Source: Chloroflexota bacterium (lineage in GTDB: Bacteria > Chloroflexota > Limnocylindria > P2-11E). Taken from it: DNA of 64,000 nucleotides. The notes beneath the pieces were generated by a model. It worked only from the letters and a program-made list of their open reading frames with translations, had not been told where the DNA came from and did not search any database. This document shows, in pieces, positions 36,669 to 47,266 of this stretch (its first letter is position 1; each line of letters begins with the position of its first letter). The position numbers and the translations under genes are program-made. Where the stretch lies: contig JBBPIP010000006.1 in NCBI GenBank assembly GCA_038040265.1, positions 5,423-69,422 of the forward strand, read 5' to 3'.

Positions 36669-38030
36669 ATGGGCGTTTCGGTTCCAGGCGAGGCCACCAC
36701 GGAAGGCCAACCCGCCGGACCCATTCGCTCGTTCGTGAACGCGGTCGGCGCGGCGCTGTCGCCGATCAGCAACGGACTGCGGTACCTCGAGATCGACACG
36801 CGCATGCTCGGCATGGTCGCGGCACTGGTCGTCATCTGGATCGCCTTCGACCTACTCTCGGGTGGGACATTCCTCAGCCCGCGCAACCTCTGGAACCTGT
36901 CGGTCCAGAGCGCTTCGATCGCGATCATGGCCACGGGGATGGTCCTCATCATCGTGTCCCGCAACATCGACCTTTCCGTTGGGTCGATGCTCGGCTTTCT
37001 TGGCTACACGATGGCGATGGTCCAAGCGGTATGGATCCCGAACAATCTCGGGCTCGGGTTCGAGCAGCCGTACACCTGGATCGTCACGCTCCTCGTCGGC
37101 GTCGTGCTCGGTGCGCTCATCGGCGGACTTCAGGGCTTCGTCGTCGCGTACGGCGGCGTGCCGTCGTTCATCGTGACTCTTGGCGGCCTTCTCGTCTGGC
37201 GCGGTCTGATCTTCCGCTACGCGCAGGGGCAGACGATCGCGCCGGTCGACACCACTTTCCAGATGCTCGGAGGAGGCATCGTCGGAACGAGGATCGGCGC
37301 GCTCGGGGAGTTGCCGAGCTGGGGCCTCGGTGCGTTGCTGTGCGTCGGGATCATCTATGCGCAGATCACCTCGCGCCGCCGCAAGCGGCGGTATGGCTTC
37401 CCGGTCCGACCGATGTGGGCCGAGATTCTCGTCGGCGCTGTGACCTGCGGCATCGTGCTCGGCACGGTCTGGGTCGCCAACAGCTACCCGCTGCCGCCGA
37501 ACGTCGCGGAGCAGGTCGCGCAGGAGCGTGGGATCCCCGTGCCGCCCGGCGGCATTCCGACGGGCGTTGCGTTCCCGGTCGTGATCATGCTGATCGTCAC
37601 GCTCGTCGTGACATTCCTCGCGACGCGACGGCGGTTCGGACGCTACGTCTATGCCATCGGCGGCAACCCCGAGGCGGCGGCCCTCGCCGGCATCAACGTG
37701 CGTCGCACGCTCATGCTGACGTTCGCGCTCATGGGGAGCCTCGCGGCGATCAGCGCCGCAGTGCAGACCGCCCGCTTGAACGCCGCGGTGACGAACCTCG
37801 GCGTACAGAACGAGCTCGACGTGATCTCCGCCGCGGTCATTGGCGGGACCTCCTTCCAGGGCGGGATCGGCACGGTCCCCGGTGCGATCCTTGGGGCGGT
37901 GGTCATGCAGTCGCTCCGCTCGGGCATGGTGTTGCTCCTGGTGGACTCGCCGACCCAGGACATCGTTGTGGGGATCGTCCTTGTGGCCGCGGTCGGCCTC
38001 GATACAGTCTTCCGCAGGAGATCGAAGTGA
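36669..38030 (+). CDS. xylH: Xylose/sugar ABC transporter permease
   Basis: [42 protein letters not shown]. Confidence 0.9.
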   Translation: MGVSVPGEATTEGQPAGPIRSFVNAVGAALSPISNGLRYLEIDTRMLGMVAALVVIWIAFDLLSGGTFLSPRNLWNLSVQSASIAIMATGMVLIIVSRNIDLSVGSMLGFLGYTMAMVQAVWIPNNLGLGFEQPYTWIVTLLVGVVLGALIGGLQGFVVAYGGVPSFIVTLGGLLVWRGLIFRYAQGQTIAPVDTTFQMLGGGIVGTRIGALGELPSWGLGALLCVGIIYAQITSRRRKRRYGFPVRPMWAEILVGAVTCGIVLGTVWVANSYPLPPNVAEQVAQERGIPVPPGGIPTGVAFPVVIMLIVTLVVTFLATRRRFGRYVYAIGGNPEAAALAGINVRRTLMLTFALMGSLAAISAAVQTARLNAAVTNLGVQNELDVISAAVIGGTSFQGGIGTVPGAILGAVVMQSLRSGMVLLLVDSPTQDIVVGIVLVAAVGLDTVFRRRSK

Positions 38031-38037
38031 TGAAGCG

Positions 38038-38853
38038 ATGGCGGTAAGCCCCCTCGCGGAGACGCCCGCCCCGGTCGCGCAGCGCATCCCGCTCGTCGAG
38101 ATGCGGAGCATCCGGGTGTCGTTCGGAGGCGTGCGCGCCGTCGATGGAGTCACGATCGACGTCCACGCGGGCGAGGTCGTCGGCGTGGTCGGCGGCAACG
38201 GCGCGGGAAAGACGACACTCATGCGGACGCTGTCGGGGGCGCGGCCGCCCGACTCCGGCCAGATCCTCGTGAACGGTCAGCCGGTCACGATCAGCAATCC
38301 CCGCGATGCCAAGGCTCTCGGGATCGAGACGATCTACCAGACGCTCGCGCTCGCCGACAACCTCGATGCGCCCGCGAATGTGTTCCTCGGCAGAGAGATA
38401 AGCGGCGCCGGTTCCCTCAACGACGCGGCGATGGAGTCGGCCACGCGCAAGGTCATCGGCCGACTCAACCCGAACTTCAAGAACTTCAAGTCGCCGGTCC
38501 TGCGGCTCTCAGGCGGCCAGCGCCAATCAGTCGCGATCGCGCGAGCGGTCCACTTCAACGCGCGCGCGCTGATCATGGACGAGCCGACGGCCGCCCTCGG
38601 CCCCGCGGAGACCGCGCAGGTACACAGCCTCATCCGACAGCTGAAGAGCGAGGGAATCGGGATCTTCCTCGTGAGCCACGACATTCACGACGTGTTCGAT
38701 CTATCCGAGCGGATCACCGTTATGTATCACGGCAGGCTCGTCGGGACGGTGAACAAGAACGACGTCACGACCGACGAAGTCCTCGGAATGATCATCCTCG
38801 GCAAGCCGCCGACGAAACTCACCAGCCAGGAGCTCGCCGAGCTCCACGGCTAG
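38038..38853 (+). CDS. Sugar ABC transporter ATP-binding protein (single domain)
   Basis: Walker [30 protein letters not shown]. Confidence 0.92.
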   Translation: MAVSPLAETPAPVAQRIPLVEMRSIRVSFGGVRAVDGVTIDVHAGEVVGVVGGNGAGKTTLMRTLSGARPPDSGQILVNGQPVTISNPRDAKALGIETIYQTLALADNLDAPANVFLGREISGAGSLNDAAMESATRKVIGRLNPNFKNFKSPVLRLSGGQRQSVAIARAVHFNARALIMDEPTAALGPAETAQVHSLIRQLKSEGIGIFLVSHDIHDVFDLSERITVMYHGRLVGTVNKNDVTTDEVLGMIILGKPPTKLTSQELAELHG

Positions 38854-40217
38854 CGCGGTGTCTTCGTTTTCTGTTGGCGGGCACTGTCCGCGGCCCAGAT
38901 GCGACGGTTGACCAATCCCTCGAGAAGCTCCTGCTGCCCGGACCTTGGTCGCGGATCGATCGTGCCTGCCGCGACGCGGCGCTCGAGATCGGCGAGCGTC
39001 ATGCCCCCCTTCAGGATCGCGGTGCCGAGCTCATCGGACCAACCGGCATAGCGCTCTTTGCGCGGCGCAGCGAGCGTGCTGTCCTCGACCATCTCGGCAG
39101 CGACGAGCAATGCGCGCGCGAGCGTGTCGATGCCGCTGATGTGCGCGTGGAACAGATCGCTCCGGCTCACGCTCTGGCGCCGCAGCTTCGCGTCGAAGTT
39201 GAAGCCGCCAGTCGTGAGCCCACCGGCCGCGAGGATCTCGTAGAGCGCGAGCGACAGCTCGTCGACCGAGTTCGGGAACTGGTCGGTGTCCCAGCCGTTC
39301 TGGTAGTCGCCGCGGTTGACGTCGATGCTGCCGAGCGCGCCGAGCGCGATCGCGCTCGCCACCTCGTGGTGAAAGCTGTGGCCGGCGAGAGTCGCGTGGT
39401 TCGCCTCGAGGTTCAAGCGGTACTCGTCGGCGAGACCGTGCCGCTCGAGGAAACCGACGACCGTCGCCGCGTCGTAGTCGTACTGGTGCTTCGTCGGTTC
39501 CTGCGGCTTCGGCTCGATGAGCAGCGTGCCCTCGAAGCCGATCGCGTGCTTGTGCTCGGCGACGAGCGTCAGGAACCGCGCGAGCTGCGCCTCCTCGCGC
39601 GCAAGGTCGGTGTTGAGCAGCGTCTCGTATCCCTCGCGCCCGCCCCACAACACGTAGTTCGCGCCGCCGAGACGATGGGTGACCTCGAGCATCGTCTTCA
39701 CCTGTGCGGCCGCGTACGCGAACACCTCCGGGTCGGGATTCGTCGCCGCGCCTGCGGCATAGCGCGGATGTGCGAAGAGGTTGGCGGTGCCCCACAGAAG
39801 GCGCGCCCCGGTGCGGGCCATGTGCGTCTCGATCTGCGCGACGCTGCTTTCGAGGAGCTTGCGGGTTTCGGCGTACGTTCGCCCCTCGGGCGCGACATCG
39901 CGATCGTGGAAGGCGAAGAACGGGGCGCCGAGCTTTTCGAGGAACTCGAACGCCGCATCGAGCTTCGCCCGCGTGGAGGCCGCAACGTCACCGCCCGGCG
40001 CGAGCCACGGGCGATCGAAGGTCCCGACACCGAAGACGTCCGAGCCCGGCCAGTTGAAGGAATGCCAAAGACAGACCGCGATCCGAAGGTGGTCCTGCAT
40101 TCGCTTCCCGAGTACCAGACGATCGGCCTCGTAAACGGCGTACGAAAGTGGATCGGCGGAATCTGGGCCGCCATACGGGATTCGGCCCGGAACGTCAGTG
40201 AAGAAGGGATCCGTCAT
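38850..40217 (-). CDS. xylA: Xylose isomerase (class II)
   Basis: [46 protein letters not shown]. Confidence 0.96.
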   Translation of the reverse strand: MTDPFFTDVPGRIPYGGPDSADPLSYAVYEADRLVLGKRMQDHLRIAVCLWHSFNWPGSDVFGVGTFDRPWLAPGGDVAASTRAKLDAAFEFLEKLGAPFFAFHDRDVAPEGRTYAETRKLLESSVAQIETHMARTGARLLWGTANLFAHPRYAAGAATNPDPEVFAYAAAQVKTMLEVTHRLGGANYVLWGGREGYETLLNTDLAREEAQLARFLTLVAEHKHAIGFEGTLLIEPKPQEPTKHQYDYDAATVVGFLERHGLADEYRLNLEANHATLAGHSFHHEVASAIALGALGSIDVNRGDYQNGWDTDQFPNSVDELSLALYEILAAGGLTTGGFNFDAKLRRQSVSRSDLFHAHISGIDTLARALLVAAEMVEDSTLAAPRKERYAGWSDELGTAILKGGMTLADLERRVAAGTIDPRPRSGQQELLEGLVNRRIWAADSARQQKTKTPR

Positions 40218-40350
40218 GTCGGTCCTGAATCCTACGTGGCGGCGGGGCGCTACTTCGGTCGGCGCCGCCCGTCGAGGAAGTGCCGCGAGCTAGCTGCCAC
40301 CCGCCGCCCGGCGGGTCCGGGCGCCCGTTCTCGGCATACTGGCAAGCGAC

Positions 40351-41499
40351 GTGAAGAACTCCCCCCGCCGGCCCGGATTCGAAACGCTCGCCATCCACGC
40401 AGGGCAGGAGCCCGAAGCCGTGACCGGCGCCGTCGTCGTCCCCATCTTCCAGACGTCCACGTTCGCGCAGGAAGCGGTGGGGAAGCACAAGGGCTACGAG
40501 TACGCCCGCACCGGCAACCCCACGCGCACGGCCCTGGAGACCTGCCTCGCCGCGCTCGAGCGCGGCCGCTGGGGTCTCGCGTTCGCATCGGGCATGGCCG
40601 CGACGGACGCGATCGCGCACCTCCTATCGAAGGGCGACCACGTGGTCATGACCGATGACGTGTACGGCGGCACATACCGCCTCTTCACGAAGGTCTTCGG
40701 TCGCCTCGGCATCGGCCTCACGGCGGTCGACATGCGCAAGCCGGAAGCCGCGCGGCGCGCGATGCGCCCGAAGACGAGGCTCGTGTGGATCGAGACGCCC
40801 TCGAACCCGATGATGAAGGTGCAGGACATCGCGGCGCTCTCCGAGATCGCGCACAAGGGAAAGGCGCTCGCGATCGTCGACAACACCTTCGCCAGCCCGT
40901 ACCTGCAGCAGCCGCTCACGCTCGGCGCCGATGTGGTCCTCCACTCGACGACGAAGTACCTCGGCGGGCACTCCGACGTGGTGGGCGGCGGCCTCGCGGG
41001 GAACGATGAGGACCTGCGCGAGCGCATCGCCTTCTTGCAGAACGCGGCCGGCGGGGTACCCGGACCGTTCGACGCGTGGCTCGTGCTCCGCGGCGCCAAG
41101 ACGCTCGCCGTGCGGATGGAGCGGCACTCGGCGAACGCGCAGGCCGTCGCCCAGTGGCTCGCCGAGAATCCAAAGGTGACGAGCGTCAACTACCCGGGTT
41201 TGCCGACACACCCCCAGCACGCGCTCGCGCGCCGGCAAATGCGCGCGTTCGGCGGGATGCTCTCGTTCGAGCTTCGTGGCGGCGAGGTCGCGGCGAAGCG
41301 CATGGCCGCGCGCACGAAGATCTTCGCGCTCGCGGAGTCGCTCGGCGGCGTCGAGTCCCTCATCGAGGTCCCGCTCGCGATGACCCACGGCTCCGTCCGC
41401 GGCACCAAGCTCGCGCCGCCCGCGGGACTCGTGCGGCTCTCCGTCGGCATCGAGACGGTCGACGATCTCATCGTCGACCTGGGGCAAGCGATCGGCTAA
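40351..41499 (+). CDS. Cystathionine gamma-synthase/gamma-lyase
   Basis: YARTGNPT, SGMAA, ETPSNP, HSTTKYLGGHSD, LAESLGGVESL. Confidence 0.93.
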   Translation: MKNSPRRPGFETLAIHAGQEPEAVTGAVVVPIFQTSTFAQEAVGKHKGYEYARTGNPTRTALETCLAALERGRWGLAFASGMAATDAIAHLLSKGDHVVMTDDVYGGTYRLFTKVFGRLGIGLTAVDMRKPEAARRAMRPKTRLVWIETPSNPMMKVQDIAALSEIAHKGKALAIVDNTFASPYLQQPLTLGADVVLHSTTKYLGGHSDVVGGGLAGNDEDLRERIAFLQNAAGGVPGPFDAWLVLRGAKTLAVRMERHSANAQAVAQWLAENPKVTSVNYPGLPTHPQHALARRQMRAFGGMLSFELRGGEVAAKRMAARTKIFALAESLGGVESLIEVPLAMTHGSVRGTKLAPPAGLVRLSVGIETVDDLIVDLGQAIG

Positions 41500-42014
41500 T
41501 GGCGCTGCCGCTTGAGACGGAACGGCTCGTGATCCGTCCGTATCGCGACGACGACGCGACCGCGCTCCATGAGGTGTTCGGCTCGCCCGAGGTGATGAAG
41601 TGGACGCCGAGCCCGCCGTCAAAGGATGTGGCCGAGACCGCGCAGCGTCTCGCGAGGACGATGGCCTTCACCGCGCGTCAGCCTCCCGGGTTCGGCCTCT
41701 GGGCGCTCCAGACAAGGGACACGTCCGAATTCCTCGGTCAGGTCGGTCTCTTTCCGGTCGAAGGAAAGGGCCCCGACGTGGAGGTCGCGTACGAGCTTGC
41801 GCCGCGCGTGTGGGGTCACGGGTACGCGACCGAGGCGGCGCGCGCGCTCGTCGACTACGGCTTCAGCGAGCTCGGCCTGCGCCGGGTGGTCGCGCTCATC
41901 CTTCCGGACAACGCGCGCTCGCGAAACGTGGCCTCCAAATGCGGGATGACCCTCGAGCGGCCGGGCCGCTACTACAACCTCGATCTCCTCGTTTACGCGC
42001 GGGAGGCGCCCTAG
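41499..42014 (+). CDS. GNAT N-acetyltransferase, RimJ/RimL type
   Basis: LETERLVIRP, WGHGYATEAA, N.RS..VA.KCGM. Confidence 0.9.
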   Translation: MALPLETERLVIRPYRDDDATALHEVFGSPEVMKWTPSPPSKDVAETAQRLARTMAFTARQPPGFGLWALQTRDTSEFLGQVGLFPVEGKGPDVEVAYELAPRVWGHGYATEAARALVDYGFSELGLRRVVALILPDNARSRNVASKCGMTLERPGRYYNLDLLVYAREAP

Positions 42015-42023
42015 GCTGAACGC

Positions 42024-42713
42024 GTGAACATCGCGATCGCCTTCGGCGCCGGCATTCTCTCGTTCGCGTCGCCCTGCGTGCTCCCTCTGGTGCCGGCGTT
42101 CCTCGTGAACATGGCCGGCGAGGCTGCCCTCGCGGGCACGCAGCGCGCGCGCACCCTGGCGCACGCCTTTGCGTTCGTCATCGGGTTCACGACGGTGTTC
42201 ACGCTGCTCTGGGTCGCAGTCGCGCTCGTCGGCGCGCTCGCCGGCGAGATGGTGTTCTGGCTTCAGAGGGTGGGCGGGCTGCTCCTGGTCGTGCTCGGAA
42301 TGCAGATGCTTGGCCTCATCCGGATCCCGTTCCTCGCGCGCGAGCTCGACCTGCGCCTCGAGGGAAACACCAGCGGGCTGCCGCGCAGCTTCCTCATTGG
42401 TGTCGCGTTTGGCGTCGGCTTCACGCCGTGCGTCGGCCCGTACCTGGGGGCGATCCTCACCCTCCTCCTGAACGAGAGTGTCCTCTCCGGAGCCGTGCTC
42501 CTGGTCGCCTACGCCCTCGGGCTCGGCGTCCCATTTCTCCTGATCGCCGGCGGACTCGGTGCTGCGCAGCGCCTGGCGCGGTGGCTTGCAGCGCACATCC
42601 GGGTGGTGAATCTTGTCGGCGGTACCCTCGTGATCCTGATGGGCCTCGTGCTGGTGTCGGGGCAGTTCGCGCGGCTGCCTCAGCTCTTCAACTTCCTGCC
42701 GCTCGTCGGATGA
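42024..42713 (+). CDS. ccdA: Cytochrome c biogenesis protein CcdA
   Basis: SFASPCVLPLVP and FTPCVGP.L motifs. Confidence 0.92.
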   Translation: MNIAIAFGAGILSFASPCVLPLVPAFLVNMAGEAALAGTQRARTLAHAFAFVIGFTTVFTLLWVAVALVGALAGEMVFWLQRVGGLLLVVLGMQMLGLIRIPFLARELDLRLEGNTSGLPRSFLIGVAFGVGFTPCVGPYLGAILTLLLNESVLSGAVLLVAYALGLGVPFLLIAGGLGAAQRLARWLAAHIRVVNLVGGTLVILMGLVLVSGQFARLPQLFNFLPLVG

Positions 42714-43312
42714 GCGCGGCGACCGCACCGGAGACCGAACGCGAGCCGACCGCGCTCCCGCGGTGGATCGCCGCGATCATCATCGGCGCGATCGCGCTCG
42801 CCTCGCTCGCGGCCCTCCTCTGGCCGATCCTGAACAAGCCCAATGCGCCCATCGAAGGAGGCGTTATCCGTGCCCAGATCGCGGCCGACGGAGCGGCGGG
42901 ACGCATCGGTGCGATCGCTCCCGACTTCGAGTGGATCGGCGAGGACGGACAGACGCTCCGACTCTCTTCCTACCGCGGCAGGGTCGTGGTCGTGAACTTC
43001 TGGGCCACCTGGTGCCCGCCCTGCCGGCAGGAAATGCCCATCCTTCAGCGCGTCGCGGCCAGCGAGCCCGACGTGGTCGTGCTCGAGGTCGACCTCATGG
43101 AGCCGGCCGAGAGGGCGCGCTCGTTTCTCGACTCCTTGGGGCTCGATCGGCTCCAGCCGGTCTTCGACAACGACGGTGCGACCACGCGCCGCTTCGGCGT
43201 GCTCAGCCTTCCGAGCACCTTCTTCGTCGACAAGGACGGTGTCATCCGACATCTCGTGCTCACCCAGATGACCGAAGAGCAGATGAGAACCGGCATCAAC
43301 AAGGCGCGCTGA
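42710..43312 (+). CDS. TlpA/ResA-family membrane-anchored disulfide reductase
   Basis: TM anchor, APDF, VNFWATWCPPCRQE, LPSTFFVD. Confidence 0.92.
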   Translation: MSAATAPETEREPTALPRWIAAIIIGAIALASLAALLWPILNKPNAPIEGGVIRAQIAADGAAGRIGAIAPDFEWIGEDGQTLRLSSYRGRVVVVNFWATWCPPCRQEMPILQRVAASEPDVVVLEVDLMEPAERARSFLDSLGLDRLQPVFDNDGATTRRFGVLSLPSTFFVDKDGVIRHLVLTQMTEEQMRTGINKAR

Positions 43313-43386
43313 ACTGTCTTCAGCGGCACAGACCGTTCATGTCGTGCGTGATCGTTCGCGGCCGCGGTCGGGTGCAGTCTCCGCCC

Positions 43387-43566
43387 ATGACTTGGGAGGA
43401 GGACACGCTCGTGGAACGCCTACTTCGTCTCTTCCGTTCGAGCCGGGCTCGGAACGCACGCGCAGCCGACGAGGCGCAGCGCCGGCGCAGCGAGCGCCTG
43501 CGGTGGTTCCTTACGGCATTCGGCGCGGCGCACTGGGCCGAGCGCACCGAGGGTCGCCGCACCTAG
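43387..43566 (+). CDS. Possible small hypothetical protein
   Basis: 59-aa ATG ORF filling an intergenic gap; no recognisable motif. Confidence 0.3.
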   Translation: MTWEEDTLVERLLRLFRSSRARNARAADEAQRRRSERLRWFLTAFGAAHWAERTEGRRT

Positions 43567-43602
43567 ACTCGCCCTCGCCGAAGAAATCGGGGAGGGAATG
43601 AC

Positions 43603-43998
43603 ATGTCGGTAGAGCTCACGATCAAGCTGCCCAACAAGACGGGCCAGCTCGGCGCGCTCGCGGGCGCACTTGGCGACGCCGGAGTCAGCCTGAAGAGCAT
43701 CGCGGCCACGACCGGCGGCGGATCCGGGACCGTTCACGTCGTGGTCGAAGACAAGGACGCGGCGAAGGCGCGCCGCGCCATCAAGAAAGGCAAGTACCGG
43801 ATCTCGCGCGACCGCAAGCTCGTCGAAGTGCGCCTCGCCAACAAGCCGGGGACCCTCGCGCGCGCCGCGAAGCGTCTGGGCAAGGCGAAGGTCAACATCG
43901 AGTCCGCGTACATGCTCGGCCAGGGGAAGAAGAGCTCGACGCTCGGGCTCGGGGTGAAGGACGCGCGCGCCGCAAAGAAGGCTCTCGGCCGCCGCTAA
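43603..43998 (+). CDS. Tandem ACT-domain protein
   Basis: LPNKTGQLG..L...GVSL and LANKPGTLA..L....VNIESAY; GGGAGG RBS. Confidence 0.85.
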   Translation: MSVELTIKLPNKTGQLGALAGALGDAGVSLKSIAATTGGGSGTVHVVVEDKDAAKARRAIKKGKYRISRDRKLVEVRLANKPGTLARAAKRLGKAKVNIESAYMLGQGKKSSTLGLGVKDARAAKKALGRR

Positions 43999-44004
43999 CA
44001 CCGC

Positions 44005-44024
44005 ACCGGTACTTCGGTACCGGT
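44005..44024. other. Perfect palindromic hairpin with UUCG tetraloop upstream of the pilin gene
   Basis: ACCGGTAC-TTCG-GTACCGGT. Confidence 0.55.
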
Positions 44025-44093
44025 CGATCTGACCATCGCTAAGAGGGAGCACTGAAGCGAGCCTCCCCGCATCCACGAGGGAGGTTCGGTTCA

Positions 44094-44258
44094 GTGCTTC
44101 GTCGTTTCTGGTCCACGAGCGAAGGCCTCGCGACCATCGAGTACATCATCGGAGCCGCGGTCGTGCTCGGGACGCTCGTGATCGGTGTGACCGCATGGAA
44201 CAACGGTCTCGTTGCGCGTCTCCAGGCGCTCGTCAGCCAGATGCAGGCGGTGCGCTGA
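44094..44258 (+). CDS. flp: Flp family type IVc pilin (54 aa, below the ORF-track cut-off)
   Basis: GGGAGG RBS, GTG start; MLRRFWSTSEG|LATIEYIIGAAVVLG... has the G-x4-EY prepilin motif; heads the tad locus. Confidence 0.88.
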   Translation: MLRRFWSTSEGLATIEYIIGAAVVLGTLVIGVTAWNNGLVARLQALVSQMQAVR

Positions 44259-44650
44259 CGAAAGCTCAGAAGGACGAATGCGGTCTGGCCACGCTCGAGA
44301 CGACCCTCGCAATCACGATCCTTGTGCCGCTTCTCTTCTCGGTCCTCGAGTTCGGATCGGCACTGGAACGGTGGCTGGCGCAGGATGCCGCGACCGTTCA
44401 AGCCGCGCGTTATGCCGGGGAGCTCGGCGGCGATGCACCAGAGCTGCGCAGCTTCCTCGCCGACCAGCTGCGGGGCGCGGGCATCGACCCGGATCGCGTG
44501 ACCATCGACGTTGCGCCGTCGCGGGTCGGTTGGCGCGAGCCGGTCCGGGTGTCGCTCTCGTCCGCTTACCCGGTCAGCATTCCATTCCTGTTTTCAACGA
44601 CCGTGCCCCTTCGTTCGAGCGCGATCTCGCGCGGGGAAGTCAACCGATGA
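44255..44650 (+). CDS. tadE: TadE-like pseudopilin
   Basis: DECG|LATLE hydrophobic leader, QAARYA; start probably CTG overlapping the flp TGA. Confidence 0.8.
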   Translation: MTKAQKDECGLATLETTLAITILVPLLFSVLEFGSALERWLAQDAATVQAARYAGELGGDAPELRSFLADQLRGAGIDPDRVTIDVAPSRVGWREPVRVSLSSAYPVSIPFLFSTTVPLRSSAISRGEVNR

Positions 44651-45132
44651 GCTGGGCCCAGGACGACCGCGGAAGCGCCTTCGTACTGACGCTGTTGCTC
44701 GCACCCATCCTCCTCATCGCACTTGCTGGCGTTCTCCAGCTGGGCGCCTTGCGCGTGGCCGCCGCGCGGGTCCGCGCTGCCGCGGACCTCGCGGCACTCG
44801 TCGCTGTCAATGACCAGGACGACGCCGAACTCGCGAGGTCCGGCGCGTTGCGACTTACGGCGGATGCGGCTCTGGTGGCGCGCGAATACTTCGCCCGCGA
44901 GCTGGGGCTGTCGTCCCCGCTGCTGGATCGCCCAGCGGCCGAGATCGCCGCGGCCGCCGATGTAGCCGCATATTCATCGGCCCCGGCTTACGACGCGCGC
45001 ACCGGGGCGCGATACGACCGTCCGACCGTACGCATCGCGGCGGATGTGCCGGTGCGGACCCCGGTCTTCGGGGCTTTGATCTTGCGTCCGGTCACGATGC
45101 TCCACGTCACGGCCGTGAGCTCCCCCCGATGA
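44647..45132 (+). CDS. Tad-domain (TadG/TadE-like) pseudopilin
   Basis: DDRGS + TM helix + AAADLAAL motif. Confidence 0.75.
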   Translation: MSWAQDDRGSAFVLTLLLAPILLIALAGVLQLGALRVAAARVRAAADLAALVAVNDQDDAELARSGALRLTADAALVAREYFARELGLSSPLLDRPAAEIAAAADVAAYSSAPAYDARTGARYDRPTVRIAADVPVRTPVFGALILRPVTMLHVTAVSSPR

Positions 45133-46061
45133 GGCTTCGCGTCTGTGCCACTGCGTTCGCTTTCCTCGTCGTCTGCTCTTCGCCCGCTCAAGGACGGGAT
45201 CCCTTCCGTGACGAAGGTCGTTCCGAACCGCTCCCGCCGGAAAGCGAGCTCGACCCGGCGCCGTTTATCGCGCCTCCGCCCGACCTTTACTACGTGACCG
45301 ATACCTACGTGGCCGACGTGGTGGCGACGAGCGGACCGCTGACGACGTACACCACGACGACCGTCCACGAATCGACGGGAAGCTATGCGCGCACCCTCGA
45401 CACGGTCGGCACTGGCGCGTCGAGCATTTACGACGGGAGCGCCTTCAATGGCCGGCGGGCGCTCGGCGACGGCCGACTCGTCGCAGGCACGTATTACGAG
45501 AATTACGTTCTCATCGACGCTGGGTTCGTGCCCGTAAGCATCGTCTTCTTCCAGGACGATGCTGAGCTCGCACGTCTCCTCGCCGAGCCCACGCCTCCGG
45601 GCAAAGTGGTCGTTACTCCGCCGCCATCACCGGCAGGAACGGCCACGGGACTAAGCCCGGCAGCGTGCTGCGTGGCGACGCCTCAATGGCCGCTGGCGAT
45701 CCCCGCGCCGGCACCAACTAAGCCAATCCGGCCGGGCATCTCGCTTCTTGCCGCGAGCGCACCGCTCTCGACCGTCGAGGTCCTTCGCGGTCGTGCTGTC
45801 GCGTTATGGCTTCGCGCGTTCGTCGACGATCGCGAGGTTCCCGTGCGGTCGTGGACGCTCATCGATGGCGAAGCGGGCGACGCGCTGGTGACCGCAGGTG
45901 CGGGAAGGGTGCCGTTTCGGAGCTCGTGGCGGCGTCTCGCGCCGCCAGGTGCGGCCTATCACGTCGTCTTCAGGATTGATGTCGATACGCCTGAGACCGG
46001 TCACCGCACCGTAAACGGAACGATCGCGGTGGTCGTGCGCTCGCCTGCGCTCCAGGATTGA
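45129..46061 (+). CDS. Hypothetical secreted protein in the tad operon
   Basis: Signal peptide, Pro-rich linker, ATGA coupling. Confidence 0.65.
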   Translation: MRLRVCATAFAFLVVCSSPAQGRDPFRDEGRSEPLPPESELDPAPFIAPPPDLYYVTDTYVADVVATSGPLTTYTTTTVHESTGSYARTLDTVGTGASSIYDGSAFNGRRALGDGRLVAGTYYENYVLIDAGFVPVSIVFFQDDAELARLLAEPTPPGKVVVTPPPSPAGTATGLSPAACCVATPQWPLAIPAPAPTKPIRPGISLLAASAPLSTVEVLRGRAVALWLRAFVDDREVPVRSWTLIDGEAGDALVTAGAGRVPFRSSWRRLAPPGAAYHVVFRIDVDTPETGHRTVNGTIAVVVRSPALQD

Positions 46062-46708
46062 TCGGCCAGCGCGCGCTCATCGCGCTCGCCCTCGCTGCTG
46101 GCGCTCTCGCCGGAACGCTCTACTACGTCGGTGCGCAGCGAACGCCCGTCGTCGTCGCTGCGAGAGATGTCGACGCGACCCATGCGCTCGTCGCCGAGGA
46201 TCTCACGGTCGTATCGATGCCCACCGACGCGATTCCCGCGGGAGCGCTCGCCGATGCGGCCGGTGCCGTTGGGAAGGTGCCGCGAGCTCCGTTGTGGCGC
46301 GGTCAGGTCGTTGTCGGACCGGCGCTATCGGATCAGGGTGCCGCCTTCCACACGGGTCTTGTGTTGCCGGCGGGTATGCGAGCCATGGCCCTGCCAGTGT
46401 CGACCGCCGCGCAAGCCGTCGGCGGCGCGATCGTGCCTGGCGCGCGAGTCGACGTCATCGCCGTCCCTGTCGCTGGGCGAGCGCCGGGTGGACGGACCGC
46501 CGAGCTGCTGTTGCAAGGCGCGATTGTGCTCGACGTGCGATCGGAGACCGGTTCCCCGTACGGTGCCGCGATATCGCGGAGTTCGGTCTCGACCGTGGGC
46601 GAGCGAATTGGAAGCGTTGTCGTCGCGATAGATGCGCTCGACGAGGTGCGCTTCGCAGACCGGATCGTCACGAGCTCGTTCGTCCTGGCGCTCGCAGGGT
46701 CCCGCTGA
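46058..46708 (+). CDS. cpaB: Flp pilus assembly protein CpaB/RcpC
   Basis: SAF domain (VVVAARDV), GMRA.ALPV, GG.I.PG.RVDVI. Confidence 0.85.
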   Translation: MIGQRALIALALAAGALAGTLYYVGAQRTPVVVAARDVDATHALVAEDLTVVSMPTDAIPAGALADAAGAVGKVPRAPLWRGQVVVGPALSDQGAAFHTGLVLPAGMRAMALPVSTAAQAVGGAIVPGARVDVIAVPVAGRAPGGRTAELLLQGAIVLDVRSETGSPYGAAISRSSVSTVGERIGSVVVAIDALDEVRFADRIVTSSFVLALAGSR

Positions 46709-47266
46709 GTGGCCGTACTGCGCTGCGAGCGCCTGGCCGTCGGTGATGTGGACACGGCGATCGCTTCGCTCGGTGCCGTGACCCTCGCTCGAACTCCGGT
46801 CGGGTTCTTCATCGACGTGGACGACCACGTCGTTGATCACGCTCGCCGCGTCCTTGCGTTTGCGGGCGTGCGCGCTGGTCCCTCACTCGAGGCCCTCGCG
46901 CCTCGTCCCGGCACGCGAGCCGCGATCGGCCGCGATCTCACGCCGCTCCCTCGGGAGTCGCTCACGCTCGATCTCGTCCACGTGCGCTCGCTGCCGGTCG
47001 GACCGGAGACCGCTCGGCTTCTGCGTGCCGGGCTGATGCGGCGCCCGAGCGCCTCGAAGCGTGCGCTCGTGCGCGATCTCCTGTCCGGTGTCGACGCATC
47101 CATGGGATGGCGTCGCCGCGCGTGGACGACGCGGGACGTGCTCCGCACCGCTGAGGCACGCCGGGTCCTCCGCCCCGTCGTATTCGACATCGCAGCGATC
47201 GGCGCCCCGCCCGAGCGTCGCGCGCTCGCACGCGAAGGCGCCATCGCACGTTGGCTTTTCGCATGA
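46709..47266 (+). CDS. Hypothetical protein in the tad operon
   Basis: Abuts cpaB and the CpaE-like gene; no motif recognised. Confidence 0.55.
   Translation: MAVLRCERLAVGDVDTAIASLGAVTLARTPVGFFIDVDDHVVDHARRVLAFAGVRAGPSLEALAPRPGTRAAIGRDLTPLPRESLTLDLVHVRSLPVGPETARLLRAGLMRRPSASKRALVRDLLSGVDASMGWRRRAWTTRDVLRTAEARRVLRPVVFDIAAIGAPPERRALAREGAIARWLFA

Noticed and set aside
29585-40300. CTAGC at both edges of the xylose block as a target-site duplication
   Set aside because: Only 5 bp, includes ordinary TAG stops, and is frequent at gene ends here
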